DNA from: Octopus sinensis
Lineage: Eukaryota
Assembly (NCBI RefSeq): GCF_006345805.1
Contig: NW_021834470.1
Location: 1,007-65,006 of the forward strand
DNA length: 64,000 nucleotides
Direction of reading: 5' to 3'
The notes under the pieces were generated by a model. That model saw nothing but the letters and a program-made list of their open reading frames with translations, had not been told where the DNA came from and made no database searches. Positions 22,404 through 34,341 of the stretch are shown here, in pieces (position 1 is the first letter of the stretch; the number at the start of each line of letters is the position of its first letter). A program made the translations under genes and the position numbers.

Positions 22404-22860
22404 TCAAAACAATACAAAAACGTTAATTACGATTAGTTCACTTTTGAAAATAATTGATGAAAGCCCTCTTCCAAGAGCCTTCCGGTTTAAATACAGTCTC
22501 TCTTTATTTGCAGGTTTGAGATGTAATCTGAGTGACGTAAGCAATTGCCGTATTTGTCTGTCAATATCATCAAATTCAGAAGGTTCAATATTGATTAGCC
22601 CAATATAATAATTATATAGTGACAATGCATATTCATTTATAACATGAAATAGATCGTCAATAAATAGCAAATGATTAGCAGAATATGTTAACATATTGGG
22701 ATCTTCCTGGTTAATTTCAAGTTTTTGAAACACGGACTTAAGGATTCTGCTTAAAGGATTTAATACCATAACAAATAGTAAAGGAGACAATGAGTCTCCC
22801 TGTAAAATTCCTCGATTTAACTTCACTGATCCAATTTTTCTACTGTCATATGCAGCTTTA
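22404..22860 (-). mobile_element. Decayed R4/Dong-like RT fragment with internal deletion
   Basis: RGILQGDSLSPLLFVMVLNPLS, NHLLFIDD fused directly to INEYALS, and HLKPANKERLYL. Confidence 0.8.
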
Positions 22861-22899
22861 CTGCCCATGCAGGATTCCAGAACAATCCAAAACGTGAAA

Positions 22900-24203
22900 C
22901 AAAAAATCATGATCAACTGAGTCATATGTTTTCTTCCAGAATATGGTCATAATTTTCAATTAAGGGATTTTCATTGTTGTTGAGTCCATTTTGCATAATT
23001 GAAACAATTTAAAATTAAGGAACTTTCTATTTGTTTCAAGCATAATATGTGAATAATATTGAATCTTTTATGCTTAGTTGTTTGTGTGCAACATAGAGGT
23101 TTGTCCCAGCTTCATTTTTTAAATTATATTAGAAAAATTTAGAGAATTGAATTTGCATTTATACGATTTAATTATACACTGATCCATAGGCTGTAAAAAA
23201 GATGTTCTATTAGGTGGTAGAAATAACATCTCAATTTGTTTAAATTCAATCAATACCTAATGTAAATTTCATCTTTATGTGTAGGAGATTGATCTACAAC
23301 AAGTAAAATTTTTCTATCTTGTTTTTGCAATTCCATTTTTTATTTTAATAGAAATTGATTAAAAATTCTGCTATCTATCCATGCTCTCTATGAATTTGAA
23401 TATATAACATATTTTTTAATATCAAAATTCTTGAAACATCTTAGATTTTTAAACAACCCAATTAGTAAGGGTGTATCTCTTATCTGTACCGTCTACATTT
23501 GTACATAACATGACTGAAACTCTCTTTCAGGACTTTATAGCCAGATTTAATGGTTTTACAACACTCTAAGACGGTATTATTTTGTAAAAATAAGCCAGTT
23601 TCATTGGCATTATAAACATTTTGAGCTCCGTAAAGACTGATTTTATTTGTGATTAATTCAATGAAATCTGATACTAAATTAGGGTCAAAATTTGGAATTT
23701 CAGATTCTCTATCCATATTACGTAACTTCAAATCATTCCTTTTTAAATTTAACAAGCCACCTTTGCTTCCTTTGAATTCAGTAATCCTGAGATTCAATGA
23801 AAAGGCTTTTTCTTTCTCAGTAATAATCCTATCATTTAAAATGGCTCCTTTATGATCCATTGAATTGATCCAAGCAATAGTATTATTATCAATTTCAGCA
23901 AACTTTAAATATTGTTTGCAGGAAATTTCAGATCTTAGGTTATGAAACATAATGTTAGATCCTCTTTTACTTTTAAGCTCATCAATAGATCGGCGAGAAA
24001 CAGGCAAGTTGTATTTTTTTTAAATCTTAGAAATTTTTAGTGAAGATAATTCATTATTTGTTTTAATAAACTTCAAAATCTCAATTTTTTGATTGTTATA
24101 TTGCGGATAAGAGAATTTTTTTCTAAGAAAAATGGCGGATAAGAGAATTTATTAGTTATAATTGGCGGATTCGAGGGTATGGCGGATTCGAGAGACTTTA
24201 CTG
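22900..24203 (-). mobile_element. pogo/Tigger-like transposon (5' TIR and decayed transposase)
   Basis: TA|cagtaaagtctctcgaatccgcc terminus with repeated (ga/tt)atccgcc motifs; KEKAFSL...FKGSKGWLVKFKKR, NVYNANETGLFYK and FLPPNRTSFLQPMDQ. No matching 3' TIR found. Confidence 0.85.
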
Positions 24204-24269
24204 TATTTAAATTTATTTAACAAGAATACCACATGAAAATAATTTTGTCAATGAAACAAAAGGCAATCA

Positions 24270-24690
24270 GGGACTACCCACAGAGAGAAATTTTCCCCCA
24301 AGAACAGCAATTGAGACATTTTCAAAGAGCCGATTGAGCTCGCGGAAGTCGTTTCTAATTCTTCCAAGGTTGCGACCTCTCTCGGTGAGGAAACGAAGAG
24401 TTGATGATCCTAGCGTGCCTGGTTTGAAGATGAATTTGTCAGAGAGGAATCCGTATTTCTAGGTTTTGCGAACCTTTGCTTTTGTCGCCGCTCTGACGGC
24501 TTTGATCGAGGACGCAAAAAGGCATGATGACGCAAAAGTGTCAGAGCATCGTGTCACAGACGATCGCTTTCTGCTCTTGTACGGCATTGGTGAGGCTGGC
24601 AAATGTCCAAGCCAACTCGAAAAGAGATTCCGATTCTTAAACACTCTGGGGCTAGCAAGGCTCCTGCCGCAGGCTTCATAACATCAACTT
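24270..24690 (-). mobile_element. Decayed CRE-like fragment
   Basis: LLAPECLRIGISFRVGLDICQPHQCR, VTRCSDTFA and SIAVLGENF. Confidence 0.7.
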
Positions 24691-24839
24691 CTTCTTTTCG
24701 ATTTTTTTATTAAATATTCACGTTGAATTTGTACCATATCAGATATTGTTAATTCATTTACATTTTTATTGTATTCTCGTGATAAAAATTCTCGCCATAT
24801 GTGTTTTCTTTAGATTAATGACAGAATTCTTGCTCTTCC

Positions 24840-25470
24840 TACGCAGTAGTTCTCCTTATATTTCAAATCACCATAAAATTGAAGAAGCATACTCTCTGCT
24901 TTATTATTAACTGACTTTCGGTCTCTCCCAAATTCCTTTCTTGCAAGATAGTCTTTTTTTGTTTGCCGGTTTCAAGTGGATATGGCAGTCCATAAGAATT
25001 CGACAAATATTTCTATCAATGTCCTCAAACTTTCCGGACTCAATATCAATCGGTCCAATGTAATAGTTATAAAGGGAAAGCGTGTTCGTTTATATTCTTG
25101 GACAAGTTTACTGAGTTTAATTAAGTTTGGATCAAGTTTTTAATTCTCTTCGATGCTTCTTCATAGATTTTCCCCATAACATTATTTTTTAGAACGTTGC
25201 TATTTTTATCTTTGAGAACCCTCAGAGATCGGTATCCATCCAACCCATCGAGTAAGCAAGCTTTCATAGACAAAGACTTGACATTCGTCGCAAATTTTTC
25301 AGCGTTTCTTTCCAACCCAGATGGGTCATAAAACAATTTTACTTTTCCTATCATTTCCATTACGTCATTATGATGCAAAACAGCTTTATATCGTCCATAA
25401 ATGAGAGGTAGTTAATAGTTTGGTTTTTCCTTGAAGATTGTGTCATTATTAAAGCTTCAATCATCGACTA
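24840..25470 (-). mobile_element. Decayed R4/Dong-like RT fragment
   Basis: NYLSFMDDIKLF, GLERNAEKFATN and HLKPANKKRLYLARKE. Confidence 0.7.
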
Positions 25471-25719
25471 ATTCCTTTAACTTAGAGTCAATAGTTTTAA
25501 ATTTCATATTTGGTGATATAAATTCAAATTTCCATTTAAAGCAAAGCTTTTTTAGTTCTGCTTTATTATTAAGATAATTTTTAATAAATCAACGGTTGAT
25601 TTTCTTTTTGACTAGCAAAAAAAATATTTCGGAAACTGTTGTATATTTTACATGTTTGTTTTTTTGCAGTATTCAATAATAGCATTTTCTTTTAAATTTA
25701 GACAATAGACAAGTACTCC

Positions 25720-26455
25720 CAGATTATATAAAATTAGACAATTTATTACATAATCTCAAGTTATCCCATATCCTCACATGTAGGGACCTTTTTAAATTGG
25801 ATAATATATTACACAATTCATTATATAATTTCAAGTATTCCATGTCCTCAAATCTAGAGACCTCCTCCAATTGCATAATTTATTAAGCAATTCATTATAT
25901 AATCTCAAGTACTCGCTTGTCCTCAAATCTACAGTCGATTCTAAATTGCATATATATTAAGCAATTCATTATAAAATCTCAAGTACTCCAATGTCTTCAA
26001 AACTAGAAAACCCCGTAAATTGCATAATATATTACGCAATTCATTATAAAATCTCAAGTACCCCAATGTCCTCAAATCTAGAGACCTCCGCCAATTTCAT
26101 AATATATTAAGCAATTCATTATATAATCTCAAGTACTCCAATGTCCTCAAATCTACGAACGATTCTAAATTGCATAATATATAAGCAATTCATTATATAA
26201 TCTCAAGTACCCCTTTTGTCAAATCTAGGGACCTCTCCCATTTGTATAATATATTACTCAATTCATTACAAAATCTGAAGTACTCTCATGTCCTCACATC
26301 TTAGCTCGTTCCAATTGTATAGTATATTAGGCAATTCATTATATTCTCAAGTACCCCCATATCTCAGATCTAGCAACCTCCGCAATTTGCATAATAATTA
26401 CGCAATTTATTATATAATCTCATTTATTCCAATGTTCTTATAATTGACTGATTAT
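25720..26455 (-). repeat. 75-bp tandem repeat, about 10 diverged units, with a leucine-rich-repeat-like reading frame
   Basis: The unit on the coding strand is ttgaggacattggagtacttgagattatataatgaattgcttaatatattatgcaatttagaatcgttcgtagat, i.e. 25 aa LRTLEYLRLYNELLNILCNLESFVD. Units are head-to-tail with no unique spacers. Confidence 0.85.
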
Positions 26456-27349
26456 TATTAATAGCACATCCGCGACAAAAAAGTCATAATCTTCTCGTCG
26501 ATTGTGCTAGATACTTGAGGAGGATTTTGTTTGTTAGATAGCTTTACGTTTTTTCTTGAGATTGCAAATTTTTCTAAGCCTGTCTAGTTCGTTTAATGTT
26601 CTAATAACAATCCGGCATTTATAATCAGTAGCTGTACCGTACGTGCTCTGCCTCAAAAGGCCTCTTGTAGAACGGCTTTATGGATAGGCCATTAGTATTG
26701 AAAGCATGTTTCCATGATGTCATTAACGGAAACAGAAAAATTCATTCAACTCTACCACAAAACTTAACTATTTTGAGTTTTTAAACTTTTTTCCATTATC
26801 GGAATTAATTATAAGTAAGACTTCGGAGTTTTTAGAAGTTGCAACTTTAACCAATGCAACTTAAAATTGAGTCGATAACAACTAGAATCTAAAATTTAAT
26901 ACTTAAAATAAATACTAAAATATCCCGATATTATTGGAGTGATTGGTGGCTTAGTCTCCAGCATCATTTCGATTGTCAGAAAGGATAATGTCTAATTACT
27001 TCAAACCTCTGCTCGAAAAACTCACAAAAATAGTAAGTAGAAGTAGATTAAAAATTTAATTAGTTACTTAAAAGCTCATTTGCATCCCCCTTAGAATGGT
27101 TTCGCATGCTTAGAGTCATCCTCGTCTATACCCACGCTCTCTTATTTTTGACTCTTATTCAAACATGGTCTGTCGTCATCGGTTTACAAAGATTGTTGTG
27201 TAGTTTTCTTTAAAGCATGTTGCAACTTATCATGCTTAAATTCAGTTGATTACAAAATAGATATCTATATAATAATAAAATTGTTTTAAAGTTGTATTCT
27301 ATGTAGATTTCATTTTCTTTCTCATCATTTTTTTGCAGTATTATTCATA

Positions 27350-27900
27350 TCCTAATTACAAGTTAACCACATAGTAAATCAAATAAAAATACTAATGCAG
27401 GAAAAAATCTGTTGCGAGCTTCTCATCCTTTATAGCGGGTAAATATGGACTTTTTTAATGACTGAAAAAGCATTATGCTGAAGATTTCAAAGATCCATAA
27501 TGCCTATATGAAAAAATTGATGAATTTTTTGAAGATGCATTAATAACTTCATATCTTCCAGATTAAAATTTTTCAAAAACCTTGGAAATTTATATTTCCC
27601 AATTAATAAAGGAAACATTTTTTCATTCACGAAATTACAACAAAATAAAACAACCATTTTTAACTTTCACTTTTTGATTCCACGAAATGTATAACTATAG
27701 ACCTAACAAATGATTTCGATGAAAGAAGTTTGAAATACAGTGCCATTTTGTTACAATTAAACACGTTCTTAAGTCCATAAGTTCGAGATAATAATATACT
27801 GGTCAAAAAAAGAGCAATGACCATTCAGACGACTTTTTTCCTCTCCATGAATAGTTTTGAATTATAGTTCATACTTTTTTCAAAACGGTCCAACCATATA
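27350..27900 (-). mobile_element. Highly decayed pogo-like transposase remnant
   Basis: GLKNVFNCNKMALYFKLLSSKSF resembles the pogo NxFNxDETGLYFKxLPxKS motif; the rest is fragmentary. Confidence 0.45.
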
Positions 27901-28821
27901 TTCGATGCTTAAATGAGTTTAAGTCGAGTCCTTGGGTAATTTTTAAAATAATATTTTTTTAACAATGTTCCCGAAACTGGAATTTAATAATCGTTTAAAT
28001 CTTATAAAGCTGAGAAGACTAGTTTGTTATCTCCGATAAATTAAAAAAGTTTAAATCAATTTTTATTGACTGGTCCGAAGAATACTTATCCTGACTGTCA
28101 GACAAAACAGGTGACATAATTTTTGAACTTTTGATTGGCCTTATCGCCAAAAAAAGGAGTTGGTATGCTCGTACACTGGACGTCTCATTAATGTTAACCG
28201 GTTGAATTCACTTTGTTTGCTAAAGTCAAATAGACTGACGATATTAAATGTTATTTAATTTATTTTCTAATTATTTTAATTATCAAATTAAATAAGATAA
28301 GTTATTTACGTGTTATGCACGTCATATTTTTATGTTGTGTTGTGCATTTATGTTTTTATTTTTTATTTGATCGTTTCTTGCTATCAATGTTTTATTTTTA
28401 CAATATTTTTGGTTTTTTTATTTGTTTGAAGATTAATTAAATTGATTGCTGTAAAATATCTTGGATAAAATTTATTTTACAAGCAAATTTGTTTTCACTT
28501 TATCAATTAATTAATCTCTATTAATATGGGTTTTTCAATTAAAATTATTTCTATTCACATACTATTTTGATTCTTTAGTATTTTATTGTTATAGTTGTAG
28601 TTCATCGTAGTAAGATACGGATGATTGTAATCTTGAGAATGAAATCCATTTTAACCCATCTTCCAAAATGTTGACATGGAGATAATACTTTCATCTTCCA
28701 TCATATCAACCATTTCATACGTTTCTAATATGGTTATTTTGTCCTCTATGCCAATTCCATTATAAAATTCGCGACTTTTGACTAGATCTTCGTTTTCCTC
28801 ACATATTACTTCAGTTATTAT

Positions 28822-29270
28822 TAGGGCAACTGGAAAGTTGATCTTAAAAATGTAAAAAATTGACCTTAAAAGTCAACTAAATTGCTTTAAAAAATTAAAA
28901 AAGTTGACATAATATGCATAAAAAGTTGCCCTAAGAAACAGAAATTTATTTATTAAAGCACAACATTAAATAATATTTAACATTTTCAGGTAAGAAATTT
29001 CTATCTTTGGTTAAAATTTTGTGAAGAATAGAAAATGATCTTTTTACTTCACACGATGTTGCCGGGCAATCCAATAATAATGCGTGGTGAAATGGAGTAA
29101 TTGGTAGCTTAGATAACTTCATTATTTTGAAAATGTCGTTTCTTGAAATTCGTAAGCCTATGTAGTCTCGAATTTTGCAGGAATCTTCTTTAAAATCAAC
29201 ATTTTTCAAAAAATAATACGCTCTTGAAATAGTGAATTTATTAGATTCAATTTCCATTAAAATATCTGTT
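28822..29270 (-). mobile_element. hAT transposon 3' end
   Basis: ORF 28946-29257 ends LLDCPATSCEVKRSFSILHKILTKDRNFLPENVKYYL (hAT dimerisation motif). TAGGGCAAC terminal motif at 28822, with an inverted internal copy at 28925-28933. Confidence 0.75.
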
Positions 29271-29419
29271 CAAATCTCCAAGGAGTATTGATAATGACGT
29301 GTGCTTATCAGCGAAAAAATTCTTGATAAGCGATGGGTATTTAGAAAGATATTTCGAATACAGTCTGTACCAAAACATTATAATATTGGCAAATTTATTA
29401 ATAAATCATTGTATCTCTA

Positions 29420-30393
29420 CACTAGGTGCAAAAAAACCGTTTTTTTTGAAATATCAAGAATTTACTATGCAAACTATATTGTTTTTTATTAAAGAATTGA
29501 ATAATTTATCATTTTTTAACACTAGTTTTATTTTTATATTTGAACTTGTAATCATTTTTACTTAACAATTATAACTAACAAAAATCAAACGCAATAAAAA
29601 ACCGTTTTATTTTTGATTATTTAAAGTTAGTATTCAATATGGTCCCCTTTTGCCTTAAAAAGCTTTTGTGCTCTATTCGGCATGCTTTCGATTAATTTTT
29701 TTTATAAAACTAATCGGTATTTCGTTCCAAATTTTCGATTTTTCTTTCAATTCGGAAACATTCTTTGGATGAAAGGTGTTTTATTCCCTCTTCATATGAG
29801 CCCATATATGTTCGATCGGATTTAAATCCGGTGATTGAGGTGCCCATGGTAAAAGGTTTACTTTCTTTTCTTGAAAAAATCGCATAGTCATCTTGGAAGT
29901 ATGACATGGTGCCATGTCTTGTTGGAAAATAAAGTCACTAAGCTCCATTTTTTTTGCAGATTCCCATAAATGGTTACATAGTGTGTTGATATAAAGTGCG
30001 GATTTCATATTCCCGAGTATAAAAGCAAGCGAGCCCATTCCGTAATAGGAAAAACAGCCCCAGACCATAACTTTCCCACCACCAAATTTTACAGTAGGCG
30101 AAAGGTTGCTTTTTTGAAGGCCTGTATTGTTTTTCCGATAACAATATTGCCGTTTTTTAATATTAAAAACTTCGAAACTGCATTCGTCACTGAAAATTGT
30201 CCTCATCCATTTAGTGTTTGGCACAGTAATGAAATGCTTTGCCATGTTATAGCGTTTTTCACTATTTATTTTGTTCAATAATGGTTTTTTTTCTACATAC
30301 ACGAGCATATATTTGCTCCCTTCTTAAATAATTGCGATGGATCTTTTACCGACTGTTTTTCCGGTTATTTTACGGAGATCATTCCTTAGACAA
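29420..30393 (-). mobile_element. 3' half of Tc1 element B (duplicated copy in the left arm)
   Basis: TA|cactaggtgcaaaaaaaccg TIR; ORF 29781-30308 has IFSDECSF, KFGGGKVMVWGCFS and QQDMAPCHT...SPDLNPIEHIW (DD34E). It breaks into APE sequence at ~30393. Confidence 0.9.
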
Positions 30394-30796
30394 GAGATAA
30401 TTTTCCAGATAACTTAGTAATAACATCTTAATTTGTTATCCAGGTTCGATATCTTTCGGTTCCGAGATCCTCAAAGAATCTATACCACCAATTTTCACTC
30501 TGATAAAAAAATTGAAGTGATTCCAATCGATTCTACTAATATCATATCCAACGAATATATGCTGTGTGTGAACCGGGCCAGTTCTCAATTCAATTGTTTG
30601 TGGAATGTGATCACTTCCTACGTCATTTTAAATATATGGAGGATTGCACATTTCATTCATTTTTTTCAGGCATTATGAACCAAGTCTATCACCACTATAA
30701 GTTGCATAGTGATTTATTTCTGCCGACGTCAATATTTTCAGTTCTCCTGATTTCATCCACTTTACAAGACTTTTATATCTTGACTAAATTGCGGTG
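30394..30796 (-). mobile_element. APE endonuclease C-terminal half of a LINE (inverted segment)
   Basis: Minus strand reads PQFSQDIK..WMKSGELKILTSAEINHYATYSG...DVGSDHIPQTIEL...YDISRIDWNHF, containing the SDH-x-P motif of APE. Confidence 0.75.
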
Positions 30797-31095
30797 AACG
30801 CACGCTCTCTAAAGAGAAGGCGTGCAGAAATTGAGAACATGTTATCTACTAATCCCGTGGACCTTTTAATTGTGAATGAAACAAAATTGAAACAACATGA
30901 TGATTATTATCTGAATGGCTATTACTCCCTTGATATCAAATGGAAGTCGGGTTCGATAGCTGGAACGGGGAATTCTATATTTTACAAATCAACTTTGAGA
31001 GCGAAAAATTTGAAAATTGTTTCTGAAGAACTCTGTGAATTTGTCACAATCGATGTTCGACTTGAAAAAACATGGATTAAAATTGGAGGGATGTA
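30794..31095 (+). mobile_element. APE endonuclease N-terminal half of the same LINE; resumes at 34404-34494
   Basis: VNARSLKRRRAEIE...DLLIVNETKLK...GTGNSIFYK...IKIGGMY. After removing 31096-34401 and one TA it continues in frame as SKYLSKYPSLIKNFFADKHTSLSILLGDLN. Confidence 0.85.
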
Positions 31096-31264
31096 CAGTC
31101 TGTACCAAAACATTATAATACTCGTAAATTTAGTTAAAATATAACTTTATTTTCACAAATATTGATTTTTATAACTTAATTTTTTACATCCAAATTCAAA
31201 TTTACTTTCTTTAACTATTTTAAAAATTATTTGATTTTACGAGATCACTGGTTGGGGTGATACA

Positions 31265-32430
31265 AATTGTCATGTACCATAACATTATAATAATTTTTAT
31301 ATTTTTCATACAAAAACAAATTTATTTTAAATTTAACACGTTATTATTTAATTGACATGGGACTAAAAGCGACTTGTCATTTGATACCAAAAAAATTATT
31401 TTAAATCTCCATACCTTTGGACTTAGTCAAAACAAAATCGCGGAAATCACAAATTGCTTACAAGGATCAGTTTCCAACGTGTTGCGAAAGCAGAATGACG
31501 AGAAAAACAATCGTGTCGGAAAGGGAAGGCCGAAATTAACGTCTTCACGAGAAGAAAGAGTTATTCAAAGAGTTTTGATGGAAAATAGATTCATCTCTAT
31601 TAAGGAAATTTCCGAAAAACTTATTCCTTACGGAATTAATTTGAGCCGAATGACAATAAGCAGACGCCTAAACCAATTGGGATTTTTTTCCAGAACCCCT
31701 ATTTGCAAGCCCTTCCTAACATTAAAACAACAGAAGCAAAGATTAGCTTGGGCTAAAGGGAAAATAAACTGGACTATAGAACAGTGGTCCAAAGTTATTT
31801 TTTCTGACGAATCTAAGTTTCTGCTGTCAATTAGTGAAAAAGGTGCGTATGTTTGGCGTAAAAGAAATAAACAATTCATCCTTCATGCATAAATCAAAAG
31901 CTTCATTACAGAAAAGGAGCTATGGTGTGGGGAACGATGAGTTTTAATGGGTTGAGCCCGTTTTCAATTATTGATTCAACTGTAAATGGATTAGTATACA
32001 GAGAAATATTAGAAAAAATTTAATTTCAACTGGTCAAAAGTTATATGATGGATGTAATTACATTTTTCAACAGGACAATGCTCCTGCACACACTGCAAAA
32101 AGATACGATTGAGTGGATTCAAAACCAAAAAATTAATCTCATGAAATGGCCTCCTAATTCGCCTGATCTCAATCCAATCGAAAATCTTTGGGGAATAATG
32201 AAACGAAAAGTTATGGCTCGTGGAATAAAAACAATAGAGGATCTGAAAAATGAACTGAAAATCATATGGAATGAAATTAAAATTGAAGAAATAAAAGTTT
32301 TAATTGAATCAATGCCAAAAAGAGTAGATGCTGTACTAAAATCTCGAGGGAAAAACATCAAATACTAGAAAATATTATAATCTTTTGTTACATGACAAAA
32401 ATTATTATAATGTTTTGATACATGACAATA
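31265..32430 (+). mobile_element. Tc1-like element C (DD34E), single copy in the spacer
   Basis: TIRs attgtcatgtaccataacattataataattttt / aaaaattattataatgttttgatacatgacaat. Transposase ~31358-32368 with IFSDESKF and QQDNAPAH...SPDLNPIENLWG; frameshifts fall at homopolymers. Confidence 0.9.
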
Positions 32431-32534
32431 TAGCATGTAATATATTTTTAAGAATTAATTTATTTAAGAATAGTTAGATAAGTAAATTTAGAAATTACAT
32501 GCTAAAAATTAACACTTAAAAATTGATATAAGTA

Positions 32535-34341
32535 CACTAGGTGCAAAAAAAACCGTTTTTTAAATACGGCATATTTTGCAAAGATAACCGTGATTTTTCT
32601 TTGTCGATATCGAAAGGGATCATTAAATTAACCCTAAATCAATTTTGTTATATTTTTTTGTATTGTGTTATATGTCTAAATTAAAATTTTAATTACACGA
32701 GCGCAATAAAAAACCGTTTATTCTGGTGAGTGTGACATTTTTTACTTTTTTTAACATTTTAACCCTCGATAAAATTACGAATGCTTGATGTAATAACAAA
32801 AGTAAAGATTCTAAGCTTGAATGCGTTAAATTGGACCACTAAAAAAATATCTGACGAGCTTAATATACCGCGATCAACTATCGCTGACTTCATCCGAAAA
32901 TTCATTAAATATGGTACGACTGAAAGAATAAAAGGTTCGGGGAGACCAAAAATTCTTAATAGGACGATATCCTTATTTTACTCAACCTGGTTAAAGAGGA
33001 CCCCCAAAAAAAAGCTGATTGCTTAAGGAATGATCTCCGTAAATAAATCACTATGCAACTTATAGTGGTGATAGACTGGTTCATAATGCCTCAAAAGATG
33101 AATGAAATGTGCAATCCTCCATATATTTAAAATGACGTAGGAAGTGATCACATTCCACAAACAATTGAATTGAGAACTGGCCCGGTTCACACACAGCATA
33201 TATTCGTTGGATATGATATTAGTAGAATCGATTGGAATCACTTCAATTTTTTCATCAGAATGAAACTTGGTGGTATAGATTCTTTGAGGATCTCGGAACC
33301 GAAAGATATCGATAACCTGGATAACAAATTAAGATGTTTATTACTAAGTTATCTGGAAAATTATCACTTGCTTAAGGAATGATCTCCGTAAAATAACCGG
33401 AAAAACAGTCGGTAAAAGATCCATCGCAAATTATTTAAGAAGGGAGCAAATATATGCTCGTGTATGTAGAAAAAAACCATTATTGAACAAAATAAATAGT
33501 GAAAAACGCTATAACATGGCAAAGCATTTCATTACTGTGCCAAACACTAAATGGATGAGGACAATTTTCAGTGACGAATGCAGTTTCGAAGTTTTTAATA
33601 TTAAAAAACGGCAATATTGTTATCGGAAAAACAATACAGGCCTTCAAAAAAGCAACCTTTCGCCTACTGTAAAATTTGGTGGTGGGAAAGTTATGGTCTG
33701 GGGCTGTTTTTCCTATTACGGAATGGGTCGCTTGCTTTTATACTCGGGAATATGAAATCCGCACTTTATATCAACACACTATGTAACCATTTATGGGAAT
33801 CTGCAAAAAAAATGGAGCTTAGTGACTTTATTTTCCACAAGACATGGCACCATGTCATACTTCCAAGATGACTATGCGATTTTTTCAAGAAAAGAAAGTA
33901 AACCTTTTACCATGGGCACCTCAATCACCGGATTTAAATCCGATCGAACATATATGGGCTCATATAAAGAGGGAATTAAACACCTTTCATCCAAAGAATG
34001 TTTCGGAATGAAAGAAAAAATCGAAAATATTTGGAACGAAATACCGATTAGTTTTATAAAAAAAATTAATCGAAAGCATGCCGAATAGAGCACAAAAGCT
34101 TTTTAAGGCAAAAGGGGACCATATTGAATACTAACTTTAAATAATCAAAAATAAAACGGTTTTTTATTGCGTTTGATTTTTTGTTAGTTATAATTTGTTA
34201 AGTAAAAATGATTACAAGTTCAAATATAAAAATAAAACTAGTGTTAAAAAATGATAAATTATTCAATTCTTTAATAAAAACAATATAGTTGCATAGTAAA
34301 TTCTTGATATTTCGAAAAAACGGTTTTTTTTGCACCTAGTG
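32535..34341 (+). mobile_element. Tc1-like element B (DD34E), full length, carrying a ~325-bp APE insert
   Basis: TA|cactaggtgcaaaaaaaaccgtttttt ... aaaaaacggttttttttgcacctagtg|TA. The transposase starts at 32781 and is interrupted at 33044-33367. Confidence 0.92.
33044..33367 (+). repeat. Inverted copy of APE segment 30394-30716 inserted in Tc1 B between 25-bp direct repeats
   Basis: ttgcttaaggaatgatctccgtaaa at 33019-33043 and 33368-33392; the insert encodes INHYATYSG...DVGSDHIP. Confidence 0.9.

Larger units (their letters stand above)
1..30719 (+). repeat. Left arm of a ~30.7-kb inverted repeat (giant palindrome)
   Basis: Bases 1-60 are the reverse complement of ~63721-63778. Nearly every ORF has a mirror partner with coordinate sum ~63760-63775 (465/63310, 5740/58035, 8054/55721, 17934/45827, 29299/34463). 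Identity ends at tgatttattt (30710-30719) versus aaataaatca (33041-33050). Confidence 0.98.

Noticed and set aside
25720-26455. CRISPR-like array
   Set aside because: Units are contiguous diverged 75-mers with no unique spacers and no cas genes, and the context is eukaryotic.
26560-26740. Second ankyrin-like peptide (PIHKAVLQ...TVQLLIINAG on the minus strand)
   Set aside because: A single partial repeat with an internal stop and wrong spacing; may be chance.
31374-34100. Programmed ribosomal frameshifting in the split transposase ORFs
   Set aside because: Breaks fall in homopolymers and, where two arm copies exist, often differ between them (Tc1 B left versus right, CRE 17934 versus 44841). 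This indicates sequencing indels or decay.
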